A stretch of 64,000 nt of DNA from Bryobacterales bacterium (GTDB lineage Bacteria; Acidobacteriota; Terriglobia; Bryobacterales; Bryobacteraceae). The notes under the pieces are model-generated. The model did no database searches. It was not told the DNA's origin and saw nothing but the letters and a program-made list of their open reading frames with translations. Position numbers and translations under genes: made by a program. The stretch spans positions 1,025,924 to 1,089,923 of the forward strand of contig CAWIIF010000004.1 in NCBI GenBank assembly GCA_963836015.1. The letters are read 5' to 3'. Below, one piece after another: positions 17,501-27,000 of the stretch. The stretch's first letter is position 1. Each line of letters opens with the position of its first letter.

Positions 17501-18598
17501 GATGGCCAGGCAATGTGGAATCTCAACCTTCCTGCAGACGGCCAGTATTCGATTCAGGTATGGCTGCCTGCAGCGCCCGGCGCGGCGAACTGGACTAAGA
17601 GCGCTGTCTACGAAGTTGTAGCCGGCGGAAACGTAGTGGCATCGGCCACCATCGACCAGAGTACCGCCAGCCTGGGAGACGCCTGGCACCAGGTTGCAAC
17701 CGTGAATCTGAAGACGGCGGACGCGCCGTATCTGCGAGTCCACAACGCCGGATCCGGCTCGCTGATTGCCGATGCGGTCTATCTCGCATCAGCAGCCTTG
17801 TACAACGACGGCTCACCGGCGCCGCAGGTGACGCTCGGGGGGTTCGATGGCATCCTCCTGCAACGTCAGCAGTCGCTGCCCGCGGCGACCTCGCGGATCA
17901 ACTCTGTGGTCAATGCAGCGAGCTTCCAATCCGCAATCTCATCCGGAGGATTCGTTTCGATTGTGGGAACCGGATTTGCTACGTCCTCCCGGTCTTGGAC
18001 GTCATCCGATTTCTCAGCCGGCAATCTTCCGGTCAAGCTCGATGGCGTGTCCGTAACGATCAACGGCAAGCCTGCCCTGGTCGAGTACATCAGCCCCATC
18101 CAGATCAACGCAATTGCTCCGGACGACGCCACCATCGGGAATGTTCAAGTCCAGGTGACGACGCCGCAAGGCCCAAGCTATTCAGCAACTGTCCTGAAGC
18201 AGGCGTTGTCGCCGGCCTTTTTCACGTACCAATCGGCTACCACCACTTATGTAGCGGCAATCCACCTGGACGGGACCCTCGTGGGCCCGGCCGGGCCATC
18301 ATCCCGGCCCGCGGTTCCAGGTGAGCTGATCGAAATCTACGGGACCGGTTTCGGCCCGACAAATCCGGTAACGCCCGCTTCACAACTGGTCTCCCAGGCA
18401 GCTCAACTGAGCGTGCCGGCGCAGGTGACCATTGGAGGAGTGAATGCACAGGTGCTATGGGCCGGAATCGTATCTTCCGGGTTATACCAGCTCAATGTCG
18501 CCATCCCGAATGTCACGAGCGGTGATCTGCCGGTGCAGACCAGCGTCGGCGGTTTTCAAAGCGCCGCGAACGCCTTCATCACGATCGCTCCGCAGTGA
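14567..18598 (+). CDS. very large secreted protein: LamG/concanavalin-like domain, GHL15-like region, CBM4_9-like domain, C-terminal TIGR03437 (Soli_cterm)-like domain
   Basis: Track ORF 14534..18598 is given a likely start at ATG 14567 (MRILRFLPLCLLIRPDAVAQ signal). A LamG-like block reads GTVEMWIAPRF...WHHIAATF...IRFYLDG. A CBM-like block reads NLVTNSGFENGLTGWRL. The C-terminal ~270 aa (INSVVNAASF...QINAIAP...GLYQLNVAIP...) match the remembered Solibacter C-terminal domain. Confidence 0.8.
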   Translation: MRILRFLPLCLLIRPDAVAQPTCGNVQLQLTPDYSLAIGSSTGGSAYTITQRGQTVASGPMTQLALLHYDNSPNTTSGTSPSNPAGAAYDNGKFGKGLYLQTGTGITYPGALLNGSEGTVEMWIAPRFNGSDPAFSASGYSIFTYRASNGDFFTIAEDSAHQGRIVYTGAQVNGQWESAYTSGGDMTLWKAGEWHHIAATFSASANHIRFYLDGVKIADNNEGHYYAPSAAGGSILLGSTVFTIDELRISHVALSDSAIAFDASRSAPFADNEVMFSLAGVSPGQLNYSVAGCGSAAYNFTGVPISNFAPPSGLLTAGSTNFTVTFKTLQATTCRYSTGSAADYSAMQALDTGPPTASHQGVISGLSADPRVVNRVYIRCASNADYVQSATYRVVSAPGSTYPRIGNIWIGGYVFNNAPDQAQKTQLVLGANGLSAANVAQLRATNPSFLNIPSVNVADNGGEGSPPDAYFLKDVHGNKIADWCSPVRYVLNVTKPEVPQFLAQYAYQLLAQSNFVSDGLFFDSFGTTMPQPFTDCYGNVAQIDSNGDGIADDPAALNAAWRAGEYAVVSAFRSLAPGAYVSGHVLESPAQAQSLTAFNGTSIEFYTQSAREGQSSFGQLWDLYQAWNSQAVAPTVPMVQACPPNQLSYGYGYFPLKAMLPSTVAFAQSFYPNMRFGLALTLMGEGFFGFDFGDEGPPVTWWYDEYDFKVGTPIGPPAQVGAAQTANLVTNSGFENGLTGWRLILTNDGQAKATASVDSAIAADGLSSAHIAINSPGTANWHIDLEQDNLPLAGGTEYRVQFWARADSPRTITVFTQGGAPSYPNYGLSAQIAIGKSWSLHSASFMAAATANDGRLEFWVGDAAGSVWLDDVQLSQQTAPVYRRDFTNGIVLLNGAATPQTVALEPGLQRFTGRQAPLYQYIADDADAGFSATGSWNTVTYNTGSYGPAAKNLPSEPQNYNGPYYHCWQGICHQLDSGDGQAMWNLNLPADGQYSIQVWLPAAPGAANWTKSAVYEVVAGGNVVASATIDQSTASLGDAWHQVATVNLKTADAPYLRVHNAGSGSLIADAVYLASAALYNDGSPAPQVTLGGFDGILLQRQQSLPAATSRINSVVNAASFQSAISSGGFVSIVGTGFATSSRSWTSSDFSAGNLPVKLDGVSVTINGKPALVEYISPIQINAIAPDDATIGNVQVQVTTPQGPSYSATVLKQALSPAFFTYQSATTTYVAAIHLDGTLVGPAGPSSRPAVPGELIEIYGTGFGPTNPVTPASQLVSQAAQLSVPAQVTIGGVNAQVLWAGIVSSGLYQLNVAIPNVTSGDLPVQTSVGGFQSAANAFITIAPQ

Positions 18599-18712
18599 AT
18601 GCCGACGAAAAAATCAAGACCGTCTGTAGTTGATCGGGAATGCCGGCGGTCTTAGTGTGGCAGGGCAGCAATCGCTGCCTCACCAAATCAGACAGAACGG
18701 TATCCCCATGTT

Positions 18713-20932
18713 ATGAAGCTTTACCGAAGCTTCTCGATTACCCAACGTGTGCTCGCCGCGCTGGCTGCGCTCGCCGCGACATATGCTTTCTTCTTTGAGT
18801 ATCTGCCGCCGTTCCAGCGGGTCCATATCTTCTCGGACATCGAGGGATATCATTACCCGCTGCAATGGTACGCGTTTCAGAGCTTGAAGTCCGGCCATTT
18901 CCCGCAGTGGGATCCTTCCATCTACTGCGGGATCTCGTTCGCGGGAAATATTCAGGCGGCGCTTTTCTATCCGCTCACCTGGCTGATGTATGCGGCTGCG
19001 TGGCGGCACGCCTTCATCCCATTTGACGCGCTCCAACTGTTCGCGCTGGCGCATGTCGCAGGCGGCGGAACGCTGTGTTATCTCTGGCTGCGCGGCCGCC
19101 GCCTGGACGTGCTGCCGAGCGTGTTGGGCGCGGGCGTCTTCGGCTACGGCGGATACATGGTTTCGCAGATGGTTCACCTCGGCGTGGTCACGGGGCTGGC
19201 GTGGATGCCGCTGGGTCTGTGGGGCGTCGATGAAGCGGTAGCCCGTCGCGACTGGCGTCCCTTGTGGAAGACCGCGCTGGCATCGGCGCTGTGTTTTCTC
19301 GCGGGCTATCCGCCGTCGTGGGTGGTGTTCTGCGCGACCGTGTTCTTCTATGCGCTGGCGGGCGGGGAGCACTGGCGCGCGGCGGCGGGCGTGTGCGCGG
19401 CCGTGGCCGGCTCCGCGTTGCTGACAGCAGTGCAGATGATTCCGGCTCTCGGCGCGCGCTCGCTGATGCTCTACGGAGAGAAGTATGGCGGAGGCGTCAG
19501 CCGGTGGAGCGCGCTCGCTCCGTTCCTGGTGCCGAATTGGTTCGACTACAACCGCCGCACCACAGCCCCCTATCCCAATGACGCCGTGTACGTGTACCTC
19601 GGACTCGCGGGAATCTTCGCCATCGCATGGGCGCTTCGCCGGGGGCGCGTGCGGCCCTACCGACAAGCTTTGATACCGGCGGCCTTCTGCCTGCTTCTGG
19701 CGACCAATCCGATGTTCCTGGTGTACAGGGTCATCACGCGGATTCCGTTCCTGACCCGCATGGTGCAGAGCTACAACTTCTACGAAGGGGTCACGGCCAT
19801 GGCTGCATTGATCACCGCCATCAGCCTGCAGGATTTCTTTTCACAGCCCGCACGGAAGACTCCGCCGCGCTGGGCGGTGCCGCTGACAGCAGGGGCGCTC
19901 ACGATCTGGTCGATCCGCCAGCTCCTATTGTGGAGACACGGCGGCACCTTTCCTACGGGCGGCCGCGCGGTGATCCAGACCGCCATCGCGGTGTTGCTGT
20001 TCTCCGCCGGCCTGTGGATCGTGCGTGCTGAAAGCGGGCGGCGCCGTGCGTGGATGATCGCGGTGCTGCTCCTGGGCACCCTCATCGACTACAAGGTCTA
20101 CGGCACCAGCCGGAGGTTCAATACCGGCAATGGAGATCCCGACCGTGTAGCGACAGCGCACGGGATCGACGGAATGAACGATGCCGCCTTTCGCGCGCTC
20201 GAGGCGAACCGGAGCTACCGGATCGCGCTCGACGAGGACGGCTCGCCCTACTCCACCGACTTGCGCAAGTACGGACTCGCCACGCCCCAGGGCTTCGATC
20301 CGTTTCTGCCGGCACAGTACCACGACGAGATCGAGCGGTGGGTCAAATTCCGGACCAACCGGTTGTTTTATCCCGACGTGGCCAACGAGTCGATGATGCA
20401 GGCGCTGGGCGTCCGTTATGTGATCTCGCACGAAGGAGCCGCCAGCGACGCGCGCCTCGAAAAGGATCCGAACTACCGCCGGATCGGCCCGGACGATTCG
20501 TATTACCGGGTCTACGAGTATCGCCACGCCAGGGCGCCATACGGATGGGAAAACGGCGCAGGCCGGGTGCGGCCGGTCGAGTGGGAACCCGAGCGGCGCG
20601 TGTTCGAGGCGCATTCGGACCAGGGAGGCCGCTTCTACTTCGTCGAGCAGTTCTACCCCGGCTGGAGCGTTACGATAGACGGCCGGACGGTCCCCATCGA
20701 ACGGTGGCGCGACACGTTTCAGTCGATTCCGGTGGCGGCCGGCGACCACCGGGTGGTGTTCGAGTACCACGAGCGTCACCTGGCGCTCGGGGCGATGGTG
20801 AGCCTTGCCGGATTGGCTGGACTGATTCTGGTGATTCTCTCCGACCGCCGCCAAAGAAAGCCTGTCCACGTTTTCCGGCTGGAGCTCAGGCTGGGCGTGG
20901 AGTTGAAGCGGACCGGCAGTCCCCGCTGGTAG
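18713..20932 (+). CDS. YfhO-like polytopic membrane protein (putative glycosyltransferase), copy 1
   Basis: This 739-aa ORF reads FSDIEGYHYPLQWYAFQSLKSGHFPQWDPSIYCGISFAGNIQAALFYPLTWL, which resembles the YfhO N-terminal signature. It has many TM segments and a C-terminal soluble domain followed by a final TM. Confidence 0.75.
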   Translation: MKLYRSFSITQRVLAALAALAATYAFFFEYLPPFQRVHIFSDIEGYHYPLQWYAFQSLKSGHFPQWDPSIYCGISFAGNIQAALFYPLTWLMYAAAWRHAFIPFDALQLFALAHVAGGGTLCYLWLRGRRLDVLPSVLGAGVFGYGGYMVSQMVHLGVVTGLAWMPLGLWGVDEAVARRDWRPLWKTALASALCFLAGYPPSWVVFCATVFFYALAGGEHWRAAAGVCAAVAGSALLTAVQMIPALGARSLMLYGEKYGGGVSRWSALAPFLVPNWFDYNRRTTAPYPNDAVYVYLGLAGIFAIAWALRRGRVRPYRQALIPAAFCLLLATNPMFLVYRVITRIPFLTRMVQSYNFYEGVTAMAALITAISLQDFFSQPARKTPPRWAVPLTAGALTIWSIRQLLLWRHGGTFPTGGRAVIQTAIAVLLFSAGLWIVRAESGRRRAWMIAVLLLGTLIDYKVYGTSRRFNTGNGDPDRVATAHGIDGMNDAAFRALEANRSYRIALDEDGSPYSTDLRKYGLATPQGFDPFLPAQYHDEIERWVKFRTNRLFYPDVANESMMQALGVRYVISHEGAASDARLEKDPNYRRIGPDDSYYRVYEYRHARAPYGWENGAGRVRPVEWEPERRVFEAHSDQGGRFYFVEQFYPGWSVTIDGRTVPIERWRDTFQSIPVAAGDHRVVFEYHERHLALGAMVSLAGLAGLILVILSDRRQRKPVHVFRLELRLGVELKRTGSPRW

Positions 20933-20963
20933 ACTAGATCCAACCGAAGGGTGACGCCAAGCG

Positions 20964-23251
<2,288 letters not shown>

Positions 23252-23558
23252 ATCAAGATCCAAGTGTAGCAAACCGTCCCTGGGTGCGCGAAATCCCTCC
23301 GCAGGCCTTCTTCGCGCATCCCTCGGGGGTGTTTCCCTGACCTCTAATTGTGGAAAACCTGATCGCGTAGGAGGTCTTGACGGGTAAAACTCCGCACATA
23401 TCGGAAAAGGTGGCGAGGCTGAGCTAAATGGTTAGAAATCAATTGCCTGCCCAGATTGCTGCGGATTGGTTCAAAGCGTTGTAAGTGCCTTCTTTAACAG
23501 TACTTTCATAATCGAGCGCGAGGCTTTCCCACAGAGTTTTCCACAGATCTGTGAGTTT

Positions 23559-24827
23559 CTAGCTGCGAGCCGGCAGGCGGCGCTTGAGGGACTCGGGGAT
23601 ATCAGCCTCGACCTCGCAGGCCCCGTCGTCGAGATAGCGGATGGAGACCACTTTTCCGAACTCGTGTAGCAGCGCCAGGGTTGCGCCATCGCCGGGAGCC
23701 AGCGAGAGGTTGGCGCGCACGATGGGGTCGAGCGGCAGCAGGTCGTCGATGGTGGCAAGGAGGCGATCCAACCCGGCGCCGGTTTGGGCGGAGATGGCGA
23801 CGGCCCGGGTATCCGCGTGTCCGGCGGAATCCCCCAACAGGCGCTGGCGGACGGTGGCGAAATCGGCTTCGGGATCCGGCAGCAGGTCCATCTTGTTCAC
23901 GACCAGGATCTGGGGAATGGCGGCGGCGCCGATTTCGGCCAGCACCTTCAGGACGTGAGCGGTGTGCTCGGGGGCGGCTGGCGAGTGGACGTCCACCACG
24001 TGCAGGATGAGCGCGGCCTCGGTGACCTCCTCGAGGGTGGCGCGGAACGCTTTCACGAGAGTGGTGGGGAGGTTGCGAATGAAGCCGACCGTGTCGCTGA
24101 GCAGCACGCGGCGGCGGGAGGGAAGCTCGAGCGGCCGGACGGTGGGGTCGAGCGTGGCAAACATGCGGGCGTCCACCAGCACTCCGGCGCGCGTCAGGCG
24201 GTTGAATAGCGTCGATTTACCGGCATTGGTGTATCCAGCGAGCGCCAGGGTGGCGAGCGGCACGGCGCCGCGGCGGCGGCGGTGCAAGGCGCGGCCGGCG
24301 CGCACACCTTCCAGGTCGTCCTCGATCTTCTTGATGCGGCGGGCGATGCGGCGGCGGTCGGTCTCTAGCTGGGTCTCGCCGGGACCCCGGGTGCCGATGC
24401 CGCCGCCCAGCCGGGACATTTCGGTGCCCCTGCCGGTGAGCCGGGGCAGCAGGTAGTTGAGCTGCGCCAGTTCCACCTGCAGGCGTCCTTCGCGGGTTCG
24501 GGCCCGGGAAGCGAAGATGTCGAGGATGAGCTGGGTTCGATCGATTACCTTGGTATCGAGGGTCTTCTCGAGGTTGCGCTGCTGGGTGGGGGTCAGGTCC
24601 TGGTCGAAGATGACGGCGTCGATGGACCCGGCTTTTACGGCCGAGGCGAGCTCGCCGACCTTGCCGCTTCCAAGGAGGGTGGCCGCTTCGGGTGCGGCTC
24701 GGGATTGAATGACGGTGCCGGCTACTTCAGCGCCGGCGCCGGCCGCCAGCTCGGCCAGCTCTTCGAGCGATTCTTCGGCCTCGCTCAAGGCCGCGCGCCC
24801 GGGTACCCCTCGCGTTTTCCACTCCAC
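23559..24827 (-). CDS. hflX: GTPase HflX (the first canonical start is GTG 24827; the real start is probably further upstream, see findings)
   Basis: This 422-aa ORF contains LILDIFASRARTREGRLQVELAQL, GPGETQLETDRR, G1 GYTNAGKST, DTVGF and NKMD. HflX-like sequence (PRERAILVG) continues upstream of GTG 24827, in frame, up to the hfq stop codon. Confidence 0.92.
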   Translation of the reverse strand: MEWKTRGVPGRAALSEAEESLEELAELAAGAGAEVAGTVIQSRAAPEAATLLGSGKVGELASAVKAGSIDAVIFDQDLTPTQQRNLEKTLDTKVIDRTQLILDIFASRARTREGRLQVELAQLNYLLPRLTGRGTEMSRLGGGIGTRGPGETQLETDRRRIARRIKKIEDDLEGVRAGRALHRRRRGAVPLATLALAGYTNAGKSTLFNRLTRAGVLVDARMFATLDPTVRPLELPSRRRVLLSDTVGFIRNLPTTLVKAFRATLEEVTEAALILHVVDVHSPAAPEHTAHVLKVLAEIGAAAIPQILVVNKMDLLPDPEADFATVRQRLLGDSAGHADTRAVAISAQTGAGLDRLLATIDDLLPLDPIVRANLSLAPGDGATLALLHEFGKVVSIRYLDDGACEVEADIPESLKRRLPARS

Positions 24828-24875
24828 GCCGACGAGGATCGCCCGCTCGCGAGGAAGGTGGGTCTGCGGCGTGTT

Positions 24876-25184
24876 CTAACCCTCCACGGAGTCCGCGTGC
24901 ACCGGTACACCGGGTGCGGAGGCCCCCGTCCCGCTCTGGGCGGCAGCTTGCGAACTGGGGGAAGTGTAGGAGTGGGAAGACTTCGGCGTCACCACCGTGG
25001 AGATGGCATGCTTGAAGATCAACTGCTCCTGATTATTGGTTTCGAGCACCAATGAATACTTGTCGAAGCTCTTGATCCGCCCGGAGAGCTTGACGCCGCT
25101 CATCAGGTAAATCGTCAGGACAATCTTGTCCTTGCGAGCGTTGTTTAAAAAGCTGTCTTGAATGTTTTGCGCCGGTTTTTCCAT
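24876..25184 (-). CDS. hfq: RNA chaperone Hfq
   Basis: The sequence [64 protein letters not shown] carries the Sm1/Sm2 motifs. The track ORF starts at TTG 25196, but ATG 25184 is preferred. Confidence 0.92.
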   Translation of the reverse strand: MEKPAQNIQDSFLNNARKDKIVLTIYLMSGVKLSGRIKSFDKYSLVLETNNQEQLIFKHAISTVVTPKSSHSYTSPSSQAAAQSGTGASAPGVPVHADSVEG

Positions 25185-25291
25185 GCCAGCCCCCAAAAAC
25201 CCTTTCGGGAAGTAATACAGTTACGAACGGCCCTTGTATTTTACAATATTCACCCCGGGAACGTGGGGCAGAGCCGAAAAGATGGGGCTAC

Positions 25292-25594
25292 CTACTCGTC
25301 TTCGTGTTCCACGGCCGCCGCGGCGGGGTTGGCGGAGGCGAGGGCGGCGAGTTGATCGCGGCTTAGAATTTGCGGCGCCGGGGCGTGCTTCTGGCCGGCC
25401 AGGGTCACGGCTTCCAGGTGGAACTCGCCGGCAGCGGCGAGCTCCTCTTCCAGGTTGAAATCCGGAATGCGGTTCAGCCCGGGCACCTGGGCGATGCCAT
25501 GCTCGCTGATGACGCACTCCATGCCGTCGCGGATCCGGAAGCGGATGCGCGACTGCCGGCGGATCGAGAGCTTGCGCAATTCCGCCAGCTTCAT
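25292..25594 (-). CDS. hypothetical 100-aa protein, translationally coupled to the dksA-like gene
   Basis: ATG 25594 overlaps the upstream TGA (ATGA). The composition is protein-like (MKLAELRKLSIRRQSRIRFRIRDGMECVISEHGIAQVPG...). I recognise no family. Confidence 0.5.
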   Translation of the reverse strand: MKLAELRKLSIRRQSRIRFRIRDGMECVISEHGIAQVPGLNRIPDFNLEEELAAAGEFHLEAVTLAGQKHAPAPQILSRDQLAALASANPAAAAVEHEDE

Positions 25595-25992
25595 CGGTCA
25601 GCTTCCTGGTATTCGTCTACGACCTCGCCCTGCGCGATGCGGGCGGCAATCTCCTCCTGGCACTTGACGCAGTAGCGGGCCCACGGCAGGGCGTCGAGGC
25701 GTTTCACGGAGATAGGCTCTTCGCACTCCAGGCAGATTCCGTACGTGCCGTGCTCGATGCGGCGCAGCGCGTCGGAGATTTCCCGCAACAGCTTCATATC
25801 GATCGTATTGCGGTTGAGGAAAATCCACTCCTCGTGGTGCTGTTGACTGAGATCCCCTTCGTCGGAGGGCACATCCAGGCGCGACACGACTTGGGCGGCC
25901 TTTTGAGCGGACATGCTGCGGCGGACTTCCTCCGCCTTATTCTCGAGGACCTTCTGATAATGAGCCGGCTTGGGCTTGGGTCCGTTTTTCAT
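25591..25992 (-). CDS. DksA/TraR-family C4 zinc-finger protein
   Basis: CLECEEPISVKRLDALPWARYCVKCQ is a CxxC-x17-CxxC finger, preceded by a coiled-coil-like region with DEGDLS. ATG 25992 is preferred over the track start GTG 26004. Confidence 0.8.
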   Translation of the reverse strand: MKNGPKPKPAHYQKVLENKAEEVRRSMSAQKAAQVVSRLDVPSDEGDLSQQHHEEWIFLNRNTIDMKLLREISDALRRIEHGTYGICLECEEPISVKRLDALPWARYCVKCQEEIAARIAQGEVVDEYQEADR

Positions 25993-26208
25993 GACTATAC
26001 TCACTTCACTGTATTGCTATCGCCGGCTTTCTCCGAAGCCGGTCGCCGCATGCCGGCATGCACAAGTTGGCCGGCAGATTGATAGGACGCGAACCCGGGA
26101 AAAAAAGTTGCAAAACTCCACGGAGGGCCGAGCGGCGCGGACTGAGAAGTATAACCATCCGCACCGAGGAAAGTCAAATGGTACCGGCAGTGTAAAATAG
26201 ACGGTTAC

Positions 26209-26254
26209 GGCGATGGAGTTCGCCATAACCGCCTGCAAGGCTGATGACTCCTAC
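26209..26254 (+). promoter_or_regulatory. fluoride riboswitch (crcB RNA motif)
   Basis: GGCGAUGGAGUUCGCCAUAACCGCCUGCAAGGCUGAUGACUCCUAC is near-identical in layout to the crystallised Thermotoga petrophila aptamer GGCGAUGGUGUUCGCCAUAAACGCUCUUCGGAGCUAAUGACACCUAC. The pseudoknot changes are compensatory (GGAGU/ACUCC versus GGUGU/ACACC). It lies 27 nt upstream of crcB. Confidence 0.93.
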
Positions 26255-26280
26255 CTAAAACTTCTCCACGGGAGTATGGC

Positions 26281-26655
26281 TTGCAGACGATATTATTGAT
26301 CTCTCTGGGTGCGATTGTGGGTGCCAATCTCCGCTACGCCGTGGCGCAGTCGGTTGCGCGGATTCTCTCACCCTCTTTTCCGTATGGTACGCTGCTGATC
26401 AATTTCAGCGGCAGCCTGGCTCTCGGACTTTTCATGGTGTGGACCACGGAGCGGGTGCTGGCCGACCCGCGCTGGCGCCTTTTGATCGCGGTGGGATTCT
26501 GCGGCGGCTACACCACGTATTCGAGCTTCGCTTACGAGACCTTTGCCCTTCTCGAGAAAGGGCAGTGGAGCGCGGGGGCCTGGAATCTGGTCCTGACCAA
26601 CGTGTTGTGCATGGCCGGAGTGACGATCGGGGCGGCCCTGGCGCGGGCCCTATAA
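26281..26655 (+). CDS. crcB: fluoride ion channel CrcB/FluC (TTG start)
   Basis: This 124-aa ORF contains GAIVGANLRY and GFCGGYTTYSSF motifs. GGAG lies 6 nt upstream of TTG 26281. Confidence 0.93.
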   Translation: MQTILLISLGAIVGANLRYAVAQSVARILSPSFPYGTLLINFSGSLALGLFMVWTTERVLADPRWRLLIAVGFCGGYTTYSSFAYETFALLEKGQWSAGAWNLVLTNVLCMAGVTIGAALARAL

Positions 26656-26667
26656 GGGAGCCGAAAT

Positions 26668-26994
26668 ATGCAGACCGCGGTACAGGTCACGATCTATCTG
26701 AAGGAAAGCGACAGGTGGCACAGGACGCCGCTGCACCTGGCGATCCTCAACATGCTGCGGGAGGAGAAGGTGGCGGGCGCGAGCACCTTCCACGCGGTGG
26801 CCGGGTTCATCGGCCGCAACCATGTGCACACCTCCGGCCTGGTCGATGCCGGCGGCGATCTGCCGGTGGTGGTGGTGTTCGTCGATCTGCTGGAGCATGT
26901 GGACCGGGCGCTGCCGAGGCTTCTCGAAATGGCGCCCGGCCGCTTGATCGTGCGCGAAAACGTCGTGGTCGAGCAGTTGGGGAACCTGGAGTAA
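26668..26994 (+). CDS. DUF190 (UPF0166, PII-like) protein
   Basis: This 108-aa ORF reads VTIYLKESDRWHRTPLHLAILNMLREEKVAGASTFHAVAGFIG...LPVVVVFVD, the typical DUF190 pattern. The family commonly follows crcB. GGGAG is the Shine-Dalgarno. Confidence 0.8.
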   Translation: MQTAVQVTIYLKESDRWHRTPLHLAILNMLREEKVAGASTFHAVAGFIGRNHVHTSGLVDAGGDLPVVVVFVDLLEHVDRALPRLLEMAPGRLIVRENVVVEQLGNLE

Positions 26995-27000
26995 GCCTCG

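Noticed and set aside
16424-17743. 439-aa minus-strand ORF inside the giant surface-protein gene
   Set aside because: It is antisense to a frame with clear LamG, CBM and Soli_cterm features, and no independent support exists.
26109-26200. Promoter for the riboswitch-crcB transcript (TTGCAA at 26109; TAAAAT at 26193)
   Set aside because: The two boxes are far too distant from each other. No acceptable -35 lies 16-18 nt upstream of TAAAAT. The transcription start cannot be placed from sequence alone.
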